Assembly: GCA_041178085.1 (NCBI GenBank)
Contig: JBEGVZ010000040.1
Location: 1 to 15,958 of the forward strand
Direction: 5' to 3'
DNA from: Pseudomonadota bacterium
GTDB lineage: Bacteria; Bdellovibrionota_B; Oligoflexia; Oligoflexales; RGVZ01
DNA length: 15,958 nt
Shown: piece after piece, positions 1 to 8,007 of the stretch
Numbering within the stretch: position 1 is the stretch's first letter
Layout of the letters: each line of letters begins with the position of its first letter
Program-made: the position numbers and the translations under genes
The notes under the pieces: generated by a model
Databases searched by the model: none
What the model saw: only the letters and a program-made list of their open reading frames with translations
What the model was told of the DNA's origin: nothing

Positions 1-274
1 CAGGGAACGCGAGGCCGACATCCTGCTTTCATCGGATCTGCACGAACTCGTGGCGAGCCAGACCCTGGTCATGGATACCGGCACGGCCAACATCCGTGGC
101 TTCTCGAAAGCAAAACATGTCATGCAGCTTCTCGGCGTGGTCAATGAAAATGGCATTGTACAATTTCACGATGACGCGCTGGAATCATCTGGATTGCCCA
201 TACGCGCCGGAGTGGTCGGCAACAAAACTCAAGAGTCTGAACCTGTCCACGACACCCGCGCCAAGGTCTCTTGA
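1..274 (+). CDS. C-terminal part of a class III adenylate/guanylate cyclase domain protein (5' truncated by the window)
   Basis: Frame 2 is open from base 2 (READILLSSDLHELVASQTLVMDTGTANIRGFSKAKHVMQLLG...). This matches the C-terminal pattern of class III cyclases (ILxS...G...[VI][KR]G...V..L). The catalytic motifs lie outside the window. Confidence 0.6.
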   Translation, partial: REREADILLSSDLHELVASQTLVMDTGTANIRGFSKAKHVMQLLGVVNENGIVQFHDDALESSGLPIRAGVVGNKTQESEPVHDTRAKVS

Positions 275-285
275 TCGCGATTTCC

Positions 286-1197
286 TCAGCAATTGGGTTG
301 CAATATCTGACTGGTGTCCGTGTCAGGCGCGCCATTCTTCGGAGTCATTCCCAGCGTTTTTCGTATGTGATTCACCCCGTTGATGATGGCCCCCTTGGCC
401 TCTGCAGCCTCAATCACCTCAAGGCCAGGGCTTGAGAACAGCAAAAAATCTTGCTCATATTGAAGCGTTTCGTTGCTATCGCCGCTGCTGGTCAGGCCAA
501 CCACCCCGTCACCCACGATGATCGGTCCACCAGAGTCGCCACGTCCAGACATTGCTTCCTCACCGGCTGCGACGCCGCTGTATTGGACCGGAGACTCGTA
601 GTTAAGGGTGGCATTCTCGATCGAAACGGCATCCACTTTGTTGAAGCCGTAACGGACCTTGCCGTCGGGGTCGTTATCGTTAACGAAATCCGTCTGGCCG
701 TAACCGGCCACCATCAACTGGTCGCCTGCTTTGGGAGCGACGGATGCAATCTTGCGCCATACTGCAGTGGTGTTGTCCGGGAAATGGAGCAACGCGATGT
801 CGCGGAGAGGCCTGCCATTGATCGCGTTTTCCCCCGGAGTGCCGCCATGCGTCACAGCAATGGCAGCAGGTCCGTTGTGAATGCGCACGCCGCCATTGGC
901 AGAGGAGTCAATGCAGTGTGCCGCCGTCAGAACCACATTGTGGCCAAGAAAGGTTCCTGTACACAGCATGCCGCCAGCAGATGTGAGCATGACCACACCA
1001 GGCACTTGCGCTGTTTCAATTCCATTCACGACCTTCAGGCAGGTGTTGCCTGATAACTTTCGGGCGAATTCAGGCATCCCGCTTTTCTTGACAACTTGTT
1101 TGTCTCCGCACGAGACCGACAAAAGCAGGGTGCAAAGTAGCGCGGCGGGACGCCATGCTCCACAAACAGACTCTTTTTTGAGTTTCAGCAACATCAT
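286..1197 (-). CDS. S1 (chymotrypsin/trypsin-like) serine protease, predicted lipoprotein
   Basis: Motifs CTGTFLGHNVVLTAAHC (His), RDIALL (Asp) and GDSGGP (Ser). Hydrophobic signal ending in lipobox-like LSVS-C, and an activation-like site K|VVNG. Start moved from 1287 to ATG 1197 (or 1194) to give a signal peptide and avoid overlap with the divergent gene. Confidence 0.9.
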   Translation of the reverse strand: MMLLKLKKESVCGAWRPAALLCTLLLSVSCGDKQVVKKSGMPEFARKLSGNTCLKVVNGIETAQVPGVVMLTSAGGMLCTGTFLGHNVVLTAAHCIDSSANGGVRIHNGPAAIAVTHGGTPGENAINGRPLRDIALLHFPDNTTAVWRKIASVAPKAGDQLMVAGYGQTDFVNDNDPDGKVRYGFNKVDAVSIENATLNYESPVQYSGVAAGEEAMSGRGDSGGPIIVGDGVVGLTSSGDSNETLQYEQDFLLFSSPGLEVIEAAEAKGAIINGVNHIRKTLGMTPKNGAPDTDTSQILQPNC

Positions 1198-1202
1198 CGT
1201 TA

Positions 1203-1230
1203 GTATCGGAAATTTCCTTGTGCAGCTTGA
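1203..1230 (-). promoter_or_regulatory. Possible sigma28 (FliA)-type promoter for the protease
   Basis: Minus strand reads TCAA-N16-TCCGATAC, then TAACG and the ATG. The spacer is 1 nt longer than in the other three sites. Confidence 0.4.
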
Positions 1231-1310
1231 TACCCGTTCCCGCCACTGGCGCTGATGGGCAAACCATGAAAAAATCAATGAAACCAACGATCTGGATGAA
1301 GGGGTGTCAA

Positions 1311-2966
1311 ATGCGCCGCGAATTTGTTTTTGGCTCTATCTTGGTTTTGCTCCTGACTTTCGCTGCTGCCTTTGCCGGCTTTCCTTTGGCCTGGCAAACT
1401 CTGCTTCTGACAGGGCCGGTCATTATCCTCGGGATTTTTGACATGTTCCAGAAAGGCCAAACCATCCGCCGAAATTTCCCGGTCCTTGGGCGTTTCCGTT
1501 ATCTGGCTGAGATGATCCGGCCGGAGATACAACAGTATTTTGTCGAATCGGATGAAGATGGACGCCCCTTTTCGCGCAACGCGCGCTCCGTCGTCTACGC
1601 CAGGTCGAAAAAACAGCTCGCAACCAAACCGTTCGGGACCATGCTCGATGTCTATGAGCGCGGCTACGAATTCGTGAACCACTCCCTCGCTCCGACCCAT
1701 TGCAACCCTGATTCCTTGCGCATCACTATTGGCGGTCCCGCCTGCAAAAAACCTTACCGGGCAAGCGTCCTGAACATCTCTGCCATGAGCTATGGATCAC
1801 TCAGCAAAAATGCAATCCTGGCGCTGAATGGCGGAGCCAGACTGGGCGGTTTTGCCCACAACACGGGGGAAGGTGGATTGACCCCTCACCACCTTGCTCC
1901 CGGCGGGGATGTGATCTGGGAGATCGGCACGGGGTATTTCAGCTGCCGGGATGACTCCGGAAATTTCTCGCCGAAAATGTTCCAGGAAAGGGCTGCTCAT
2001 CCGCATGTCAAGATGATCGAGATCAAGCTTTCGCAAGGTGCCAAACCAGGGCACGGCGGTGTTTTGCCGGCGAAGAAAATCACTCCAGAAATTTCTGCCA
2101 TCCGGGGCATCCCGATGGGGAAAGACTGTCTTTCACCCCCCGGTCATTCGGTCTTCTCTTCGCCGCGAGGGCTGCTGCAGTGGGTCCAACAATTACGCGA
2201 ATTGTCCGGCGGAAAACCGGTTGGCTTCAAGCTCTGTGTAGGCAAACGCCGTGAGTTCCTGGCCATCGTCAAGGCCATGCACGAAACAGGAATCCTGCCT
2301 GATTACATTGTTGTCGATGGCGGAGAGGGTGGTACCGGCGCTGCACCAGCAGAGTTCTCCGACCACGTTGGCTGTCCGCTCAATGAGGCGCTCGTGCTGG
2401 TCCATAATGCACTGGTCGGGATCGATGTCAGGAAACATGTTCGCGTCCTGGTGGCAGGACGGGTGATCACAGGATTCGATGTCATCTCCAGGATCGCCAT
2501 GGGTGCCGATGCCTGCTACTCGGCCCGCGGCATGATGATGGCCCTCGGATGCATCCAGGCGCTGCGCTGCAACTCGAACCACTGTCCCACGGGCGTGGCG
2601 ACAAACGATCCTGCGCTCGTCAAGGGCCTTGACGTAACCGACAAGACGGTCCGCGTCAGGAACTTTCACCAGCAAACGGTGGAATCCGTCGCCGAGCTTC
2701 TCGGTGCCATGGGATTATCCCACACCATGCAGCTCAGGCCCTGGCACTTGATGCATCGCATTGGGCCATTTGACATCAAGCATTACGGCGAATTGTTTGA
2801 TTACCTTGAGCCCGGTGAACTGCTGAACAACCCACCACCTTCATTCAAGCGTGCCTGGGACATGGCCACGGCCGATGCATGGGACGCATCAGAGGACCTG
2901 AAAGCGAAAGGGTCGTTCGGTTACCGCGCAACCAGCGTCATGAGAGCTGAAGCTGGCTCGCCATGA
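1311..2966 (+). CDS. FMN-binding glutamate synthase family protein (stand-alone, N-terminal TM helices, YerD-like)
   Basis: Motifs NISAMSYGSLS, HNTGEGG, IEIKLSQGAKPGHGG, VDGGEGGTGAAP and the Fe-S motif CIQALRCNSNHCPTGVAT. ATG 1311 is preceded by GAAGGGG and followed by two hydrophobic helices. Confidence 0.93.
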   Translation: MRREFVFGSILVLLLTFAAAFAGFPLAWQTLLLTGPVIILGIFDMFQKGQTIRRNFPVLGRFRYLAEMIRPEIQQYFVESDEDGRPFSRNARSVVYARSKKQLATKPFGTMLDVYERGYEFVNHSLAPTHCNPDSLRITIGGPACKKPYRASVLNISAMSYGSLSKNAILALNGGARLGGFAHNTGEGGLTPHHLAPGGDVIWEIGTGYFSCRDDSGNFSPKMFQERAAHPHVKMIEIKLSQGAKPGHGGVLPAKKITPEISAIRGIPMGKDCLSPPGHSVFSSPRGLLQWVQQLRELSGGKPVGFKLCVGKRREFLAIVKAMHETGILPDYIVVDGGEGGTGAAPAEFSDHVGCPLNEALVLVHNALVGIDVRKHVRVLVAGRVITGFDVISRIAMGADACYSARGMMMALGCIQALRCNSNHCPTGVATNDPALVKGLDVTDKTVRVRNFHQQTVESVAELLGAMGLSHTMQLRPWHLMHRIGPFDIKHYGELFDYLEPGELLNNPPPSFKRAWDMATADAWDASEDLKAKGSFGYRATSVMRAEAGSP

Positions 2967-3954
2967 AGGCGTAGACAATTTCTGCGGCAACCCGCGTCGT
3001 CATGCCAGAGGAATCAAGCTCCGGCGCACATTCCACAATTTCAAACAGGCGTACTTTCTTGTGGCGGCCGGCAAGGGACGCCATTTCCAAAAGTTCCTCG
3101 GGTGCAAAGCCAGTTGCGCCAGGTGCGCTGACACCGGCAAGTCCCCTGCACGCATCGAGGTCGATGGAGCACATCACTGCATCACAGCGACTGGAAAGTC
3201 GCTCAAGATCCTGGACAAAAGCATCGACCACACGCACGCCGGAACGATCTTTTTGCCAATTAGCCTCCTGACGGCGCAATTCCGAAAACTCCCGGATGAT
3301 CACACCTCTTTCCTTGCAGAAAGCGTAATGCGGTGCGGCATTGCGGTTCTTGCGGGTACCAAATTCGACCAGATTACGCGAGTCGATGATCCCGCTTTCG
3401 ATCAGCTCACGATACGGCGTGCCGCTATGCGGCAAGTTGTTTTCGCGCTCGCGAACATCCAGATGGGGGTCGATGGTGATGATGCCAATCGTGCCAGCAG
3501 CATCTTTCCGCGCGGCGCAAACCTCACGCAGCGCGCGCGCGTGGGGGGCAGAATAATCGTTGCCCCCGCCCAGGGCGACCACTGCCCGGGATGCGTTAAG
3601 GGCCAGCTCGCAAAGGGTCTGGGCGTTTCTGTGATTTACCAGGATGTCGTTACCCGCAAGCGCGTCACCGGCGTCGGCAAAAACACCGGGATCAACAAGA
3701 AACGAGCCATCCATGGGGGGGGTCATCTTGAACAGTTCGCGGCGAATCCCGGCAGGTCCGCCGGATGCCCCGGCGCGTCCCCGGTTCAGGCGTACCCCCA
3801 GGTCATCGGGGGCTCCCATGATGCAAACCCGGGTTGTGACCCCGGCCAGCGGCCAGGCCGTCGCCACCATCTCGCCAAGGCGAACGTCACCGGGGCGACC
3901 TTTGAAATACAAGTCCGCATCCGCTGAAACTCTGAAATCTTTAATTTTTTCCAC
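2938..3954 (-). CDS. hutG: Formimidoylglutamase (arginase/ureohydrolase family)
   Basis: DDLGVRLNRGRAGASGGPAGIR (HutG-typical), GGGNDYS, DPHLDVR, HSGTPY, SIDLD, GVSAP and VECAPELD motifs. Confidence 0.8.
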   Translation of the reverse strand: MEKIKDFRVSADADLYFKGRPGDVRLGEMVATAWPLAGVTTRVCIMGAPDDLGVRLNRGRAGASGGPAGIRRELFKMTPPMDGSFLVDPGVFADAGDALAGNDILVNHRNAQTLCELALNASRAVVALGGGNDYSAPHARALREVCAARKDAAGTIGIITIDPHLDVRERENNLPHSGTPYRELIESGIIDSRNLVEFGTRKNRNAAPHYAFCKERGVIIREFSELRRQEANWQKDRSGVRVVDAFVQDLERLSSRCDAVMCSIDLDACRGLAGVSAPGATGFAPEELLEMASLAGRHKKVRLFEIVECAPELDSSGMTTRVAAEIVYAFMASQLQLS

Positions 3955-3990
3955 AATTTACCCCGCATTGGCTTGGGGGAGGGGGGAACA

Positions 3991-4067
<77 letters not shown>

Positions 4068-4086
4068 ATGTCCACAGGAGGGCCAA

Positions 4087-4116
4087 CATATAGTCGGAGG
4101 AATGTCTCGATGTCAA
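4087..4116 (-). promoter_or_regulatory. Sigma70-type promoter for tRNA-Ile
   Basis: Minus strand TTGACA (4116-4111), 18 nt spacer, TATATG (4092-4087), about 20 nt upstream of the tRNA 5' end. Confidence 0.65.
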
Positions 4117-4160
4117 CAAAAGGAAGGGCCGGCCGGGCGCTCTTAAAAACGCCCGCCGGC
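4117..4160 (-). terminator. Intrinsic terminator downstream of flagellin
   Basis: Minus strand GCCGGCGGGCG-loop-CGCCC(G)GCCGGC (11-bp GC stem, one bulge) followed by CCTTCCTTTTG, about 37 nt after the flagellin stop. Confidence 0.65.
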
Positions 4161-4197
4161 TTGCTTGCTTGAGGATAAACGATCCGAAAGATCCTGC

Positions 4198-5082
4198 TTA
4201 GCGGAGCAGCGCCAGGGCTGCTTCCGGTTCTGCGTTCGCCTGTGCAAGAACCGACACACCAGCCTGCTGAAGGATCTTGGCCTGGGTGAAGGATGCGCTT
4301 GCAGAAGCGAAATCGACGTCGCGGATACGGCTGTTGGCAGCTTTGTAGTTCTCAATCTGGGAACTCAAGCTGGTCACAGCGGATTGCAGACGGTTTTGCT
4401 GGGCACCCATGTTGGCACGGGTGGAAGCCAGGCGCTGCATCGCGGTGTCGATAACCGACAACTTGTCAGATGCGGTCTGACGGTCAAACGAGTCAGAGAC
4501 ATTGAGCGGACCAATTTCAGCACCGCGGCCAAGGCCGAAGTCATCTTCCGGCACCAGCTTCATGTCGTTGATGTCAATCTTGATGGTATCGGTGTTGGCA
4601 GCCTTGCCGTCGCCGCCACCAACGTGGATGGTCAGAAGACCTTCTCCCACATTGGCGTCGCCGCCTTTGAGCAACTTCACACCGTTAAACTCAGTGGTGT
4701 TGGCAATACGGTCCAATTCCTCTACCAGCTGCGTGTATTCGCGGTTGGCATAGGAGCGTTCCACGTTCCCGATGGTGTCTGACGATGCTTGCACAGCAAG
4801 CTCGCGCAGACGGGTGAGGACGTTGGAAATCTCGTTCATGCCGGATTCTGCCACCTGCACCAGCGAGATGCCGTCGTTGGCGTTACGGGCTGCCTGTTCA
4901 AGGCTCCGCACGCGACCGGTCAAGGCCGTGCTGATGGACAAGCCTGCTGCATCATCGGCCGCCTTGTTGATGCGGTAACCGCTGGACAGCTGAGCCATCG
5001 ATTCGCGCAGGGAGTTCGTCGCGTTTGCCACGCCACGCTGCGCCTGAAGAGATGCCACGTTGGTTTTAATACGAAGACCCAT
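4198..5082 (-). CDS. fliC: Flagellin (294 aa, short variable region)
   Basis: N-terminal MGLRIKTNVASL...LSSGYRINKAADDAAGL, NANDGIS and RLRELAVQ. C-terminal RANMGAQQNRL, SRIRDVDFA and ILQQAGVSVLAQAN. SD GGAGGA lies upstream. Confidence 0.98.
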   Translation of the reverse strand: MGLRIKTNVASLQAQRGVANATNSLRESMAQLSSGYRINKAADDAAGLSISTALTGRVRSLEQAARNANDGISLVQVAESGMNEISNVLTRLRELAVQASSDTIGNVERSYANREYTQLVEELDRIANTTEFNGVKLLKGGDANVGEGLLTIHVGGGDGKAANTDTIKIDINDMKLVPEDDFGLGRGAEIGPLNVSDSFDRQTASDKLSVIDTAMQRLASTRANMGAQQNRLQSAVTSLSSQIENYKAANSRIRDVDFASASASFTQAKILQQAGVSVLAQANAEPEAALALLR

Positions 5083-5167
5083 GATTCAATCCTCCCAGTT
5101 ACGTTTCGTTCGCGTTCCCCAAGCAAGGAACAGTTAACATTTCAAACAACGACCATTGACACTGGGA

Positions 5168-5194
5168 GCTTCGACAATGGTTTTAAATTGTTTA
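5168..5194 (-). promoter_or_regulatory. Sigma28 (FliA)-type promoter of flagellin with AT-rich upstream region
   Basis: Minus strand TAAA-caatttaaaaccatt(15)-GTCGAAGC, against consensus TAAA-N15-GCCGATAA. Region 5195-5265 is strongly AT-rich (UP-element-like). Confidence 0.65.
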
Positions 5195-5266
5195 ATAAAA
5201 AGCTTTAGAATTATTTTAAAACAATCCCAGAGAAAATTGTATTAACTGGGGAAAAATAAAAATTTT

Positions 5267-6115
5267 TCAGTTTTGACAAGCGGGACAAAAGAACGTGGAG
5301 CGGTTGGAATGACGCCCCTCACGGATTTCACTGTGGCATTTTCGACATGCCTCACCTTTACGGCCGTACACGTTGAGCCGCAAGGCATAGGAGCCTTCTG
5401 AACCATCCGGATGGAGGTAATCCGAAAAACTGGTGCCACCTGCCGCAATGGCTGCGGAAAGTATCTTTTGGATCGCAACGGCCAATCGCGCAGCTTCGCC
5501 CCGCGAAATACGCTGCGAAGCACGCCCCGGGCGGATTCCCGCCAGAAACAAGGATTCACTGGCGTATATATTGCCCACGCCGACGACCACAGAACCATCC
5601 ATGAGAAAAGGCTTGATCGCCGTCTTGCGCTTGCGGCTAAGCCGCCATAGATGCTCAGCAAGCTCCACCGCCGGCATTTCCAGGGGCTCTGGCCCAAGGT
5701 CCTTTAACCAAGGGTGGCGCGCCAAATCTGTGGCGGCATCCACTGCGGTCAAACGGCCAAAGCGGCGTGGATCGACAAAATGCAAGTAACGGGAGCTGCT
5801 CGCAGCCGCTGTCCCCGACAGCTCGAAAATGACGTGCGTATGCGGCTTTACCGGCTCCGCTTGCGGAAAGGCCAGCAATTGTCCACTCATGCCGAGGTGA
5901 AGAATTGCTGTGCCTCGACGCGTCTCGATCAAAAGGTACTTTGAGCGCCGCTTGATGGCACTTGGCGCTTCGCCGACCAGGGCATCCCGAATCGCCTCAA
6001 CCGGCATCGGTTCACGCAAATCCGGACGCAAAAATCGCACGCCGCGAAAGAAGCTATCGCGCGTTTCTTCCCGGACGGCGCGGGCAAGGCATTCGACTTC
6101 TGGTAATTCAGGCAT
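5267..6115 (-). CDS. mutM: Formamidopyrimidine-DNA glycosylase / AP lyase (Fpg)
   Basis: The true start is the catalytic MPELPEVE at 6115. Motifs RRSKYL, HLGMSG, DPRRFG, GVGNIYASESLF and the zinc finger CRKC...RSTFFCPACQ. Confidence 0.97.
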   Translation of the reverse strand: MPELPEVECLARAVREETRDSFFRGVRFLRPDLREPMPVEAIRDALVGEAPSAIKRRSKYLLIETRRGTAILHLGMSGQLLAFPQAEPVKPHTHVIFELSGTAAASSSRYLHFVDPRRFGRLTAVDAATDLARHPWLKDLGPEPLEMPAVELAEHLWRLSRKRKTAIKPFLMDGSVVVGVGNIYASESLFLAGIRPGRASQRISRGEAARLAVAIQKILSAAIAAGGTSFSDYLHPDGSEGSYALRLNVYGRKGEACRKCHSEIREGRHSNRSTFFCPACQN

Positions 6116-6116
6116 G

Positions 6117-6144
6117 AAAAAACCCCGGCAAAAAGCTGCCGGGG
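6117..6144 (-). terminator. Intrinsic terminator after the OmpA-domain gene, abutting the mutM start codon
   Basis: Minus strand CCCCGGCA-GCTTTT-TGCCGGGG-TTTTTT-C-ATG: a perfect 8-bp stem plus U6. Confidence 0.75.
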
Positions 6145-6179
6145 CTGGTGTTACCAACAGATCGCGATGCCTGTAAACC

Positions 6180-6998
6180 TCAGAAACCTGCGGTCTGCAC
6201 CTGCGGCAAGACCTTGATGACAATGCGGCGGTTCTTGTCTGCCGCGCCAGCCAGGTGGGACGTATCCACCGCCTCACGTTCTCCAAGCCCAAAAGCCTGG
6301 ACCCGTTCGCTATCAAAACCAAGCGTTTCGATCATGAAACGCTTGACTGTAAGAGCCCGCTCGTAGGACTCGACCTGGTTTGCCTCGGCGTCCCCACCAT
6401 GGTCGGTGAAGCCCTGAACCGCCACCATCGATGCGCGAACTGCCCCCAGTGACTTCAACGCCCCGGAAAGGGCCTCGCGTCCCGCTGCGGAAAGTTCAAG
6501 GGTCAGCGACCCGGAGTTGGGATCCACAAAAAGCTCGTTGTAGTTGAGGCTGACTTCCCCCGTGATGGCAAGGCGCGGGTGAATGTTACGGGCGAGAGGA
6601 CGGATTGCATCCCCGGACATTACCTTGTTAAACCTGCCCAGCACCGAAGCTGAAGCTTCTGCGCCATCGACTTCGATGGTCGCTATTGCCCGCGCCCCGT
6701 CGACATGAGTCACTTTCAACTGTCCGGTGGAAAATTCCACCCGCCCCGCCGTCTGGTCAAGGACCGTGCGGCCTGAAACCAGCACATCACCGGCGGAAAG
6801 CGTGGTGACACCCTCGCCGCGAATGGCCACAACGACCTGACGGCCGTCCTCGTGAGCGCCAACGCGCGGCGGCGTCAGGAAGGATTCGATGTGAAGGGCG
6901 CCAAGGTCCTGGGATAGTGCGGCGAATCCAGTCACGCAAGGGCCCGAAACGGCCAGCGAGGCAATCAAGATCCGTGCGAATTTGCTGTCTGTCCTCAT
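6180..6998 (-). CDS. Secreted OmpA/MotB C-terminal-like peptidoglycan-binding domain protein with an N-terminal beta-rich domain
   Basis: C-terminal VQGFTDHGGDAEANQVESYERALTVKRFM...AFGLGE...NRRIVI is the OmpA_C signature. Strong SD GAGGAGG before ATG 6998, followed by a signal-peptide-like N-terminus. Confidence 0.88.
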   Translation of the reverse strand: MRTDSKFARILIASLAVSGPCVTGFAALSQDLGALHIESFLTPPRVGAHEDGRQVVVAIRGEGVTTLSAGDVLVSGRTVLDQTAGRVEFSTGQLKVTHVDGARAIATIEVDGAEASASVLGRFNKVMSGDAIRPLARNIHPRLAITGEVSLNYNELFVDPNSGSLTLELSAAGREALSGALKSLGAVRASMVAVQGFTDHGGDAEANQVESYERALTVKRFMIETLGFDSERVQAFGLGEREAVDTSHLAGAADKNRRIVIKVLPQVQTAGF

Positions 6999-7048
6999 GG
7001 TGGCCTCCTCGTTTAAAAGGTGTGCGGAAGTACCGACACCCAACGCAC

Positions 7049-7075
7049 CTATCGGACCCAGGTGAAAAAAGTTTA
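7049..7075 (-). promoter_or_regulatory. Sigma28 (FliA)-type promoter of the OmpA-domain gene
   Basis: Minus strand TAAA-cttttttcacctggg(15)-TCCGATAG, 50 nt upstream of the ATG. Confidence 0.7.
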
Positions 7076-7161
7076 GTCACCCTTGCTGACAAAGCTTTGA
7101 TTTCGATCAGCGAACAGGCAAAAATTGCCCAGCCAATCAGGCCCGGAAGGACGCAACCGCC

Positions 7162-8007
7162 ATGAATAGAAATCCCGTCACTGTCGCCGTGACCAGCATG
7201 ACCACCACTACCGACCGGGCAGGCAACCTGCGCCAGGCAGAATCCCTGGTGCGAACGGCAGCGAAATCCGGTGCTGACTGGGTGGTGCTACCGGAGATGT
7301 TTGTCTATCAGGGGCCTTACGACACGCTTTATGACCACGCCGAACCCTGGCACGGGGACGCGTGGAAGATGCTGTCGGGCCTTGCCCGTGAATTGAAGGT
7401 GGTCCTGTTTGCTGGCTCCATCGCAGAAAGACCGGAATCAGCACCCCCGGGCAACCGGAAGGTATACAACGTTACTTATGTGTTCGACCGCGACGGCCGG
7501 GAGCTCGCCTGCTACCGCAAGGTACACCTGTTCAACTTGAAAACTCCCGACGGAAAACCCCTTTACTGCGAGTCCGACGGCTACCTCGCCGGCAAGGATC
7601 CAGTCGTTTTTGAAGTCGACGGCTTCAAGGTCGGCCTCGCGATCTGTTATGACCTGCGCTTCCATGAATTTTTCGCAACCCTTGCCAGCAAGGGCAAGAT
7701 CGACGCCTTTGTCCTGCCCTCTGCCTTCACGCAGCGCACTGGCATGGATCACTGGGAGGTACTGATCCGCGCGCGCGCCATCGAACATCAGGCCTGGTTC
7801 ATCGCCGCCAACCAGACCGGGGAACACGCTCCCGGGAAAAACAGCTACGGTCATTCCATGGTGGTGGACCCTTGGGGGCACAAGCTTTGTGACACGGGAG
7901 ACCGTGCCGGAATTGCGCTGACCCAGATCAGCCACGAAGTCCTTGCCCGTTGTCGCGGACAGCTTCCAGCGCTTGGCGACCGTCGCCCCGAGGTCTATTC
8001 CCGGTGA
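7162..8007 (+). CDS. Carbon-nitrogen hydrolase family protein (Nit1/YbeM-like deaminated glutathione amidase)
   Basis: Catalytic triad motifs VLPEM, YRKVHLF and ICYDLRF. Nit1-type SAFT..TG..HWEVL.RARAIE.Q and SYGHSMVVDPWG. Confidence 0.92.
   Translation: MNRNPVTVAVTSMTTTTDRAGNLRQAESLVRTAAKSGADWVVLPEMFVYQGPYDTLYDHAEPWHGDAWKMLSGLARELKVVLFAGSIAERPESAPPGNRKVYNVTYVFDRDGRELACYRKVHLFNLKTPDGKPLYCESDGYLAGKDPVVFEVDGFKVGLAICYDLRFHEFFATLASKGKIDAFVLPSAFTQRTGMDHWEVLIRARAIEHQAWFIAANQTGEHAPGKNSYGHSMVVDPWGHKLCDTGDRAGIALTQISHEVLARCRGQLPALGDRRPEVYSR

Noticed and set aside
3061..3927. 288-aa plus-strand ORF
   Set aside because: Antisense shadow of hutG.
5176..5270. AT-rich stretch as foreign DNA or a replication origin
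   Set aside because: It is short and confined to the flagellin promoter region, with no DnaA-box array, so it is better explained as promoter-upstream DNA.
6116..6322. N-terminal extension of mutM in the ORF track
   Set aside because: Fpg needs an N-terminal Pro (MPELPEV), and the extension overlaps the upstream gene and a terminator.
7090..7099. Palindrome CAAAGCTTTG in the ompA-like/nit divergent region
   Set aside because: A single 10-bp palindrome is compatible with chance, and I noticed no second copy.
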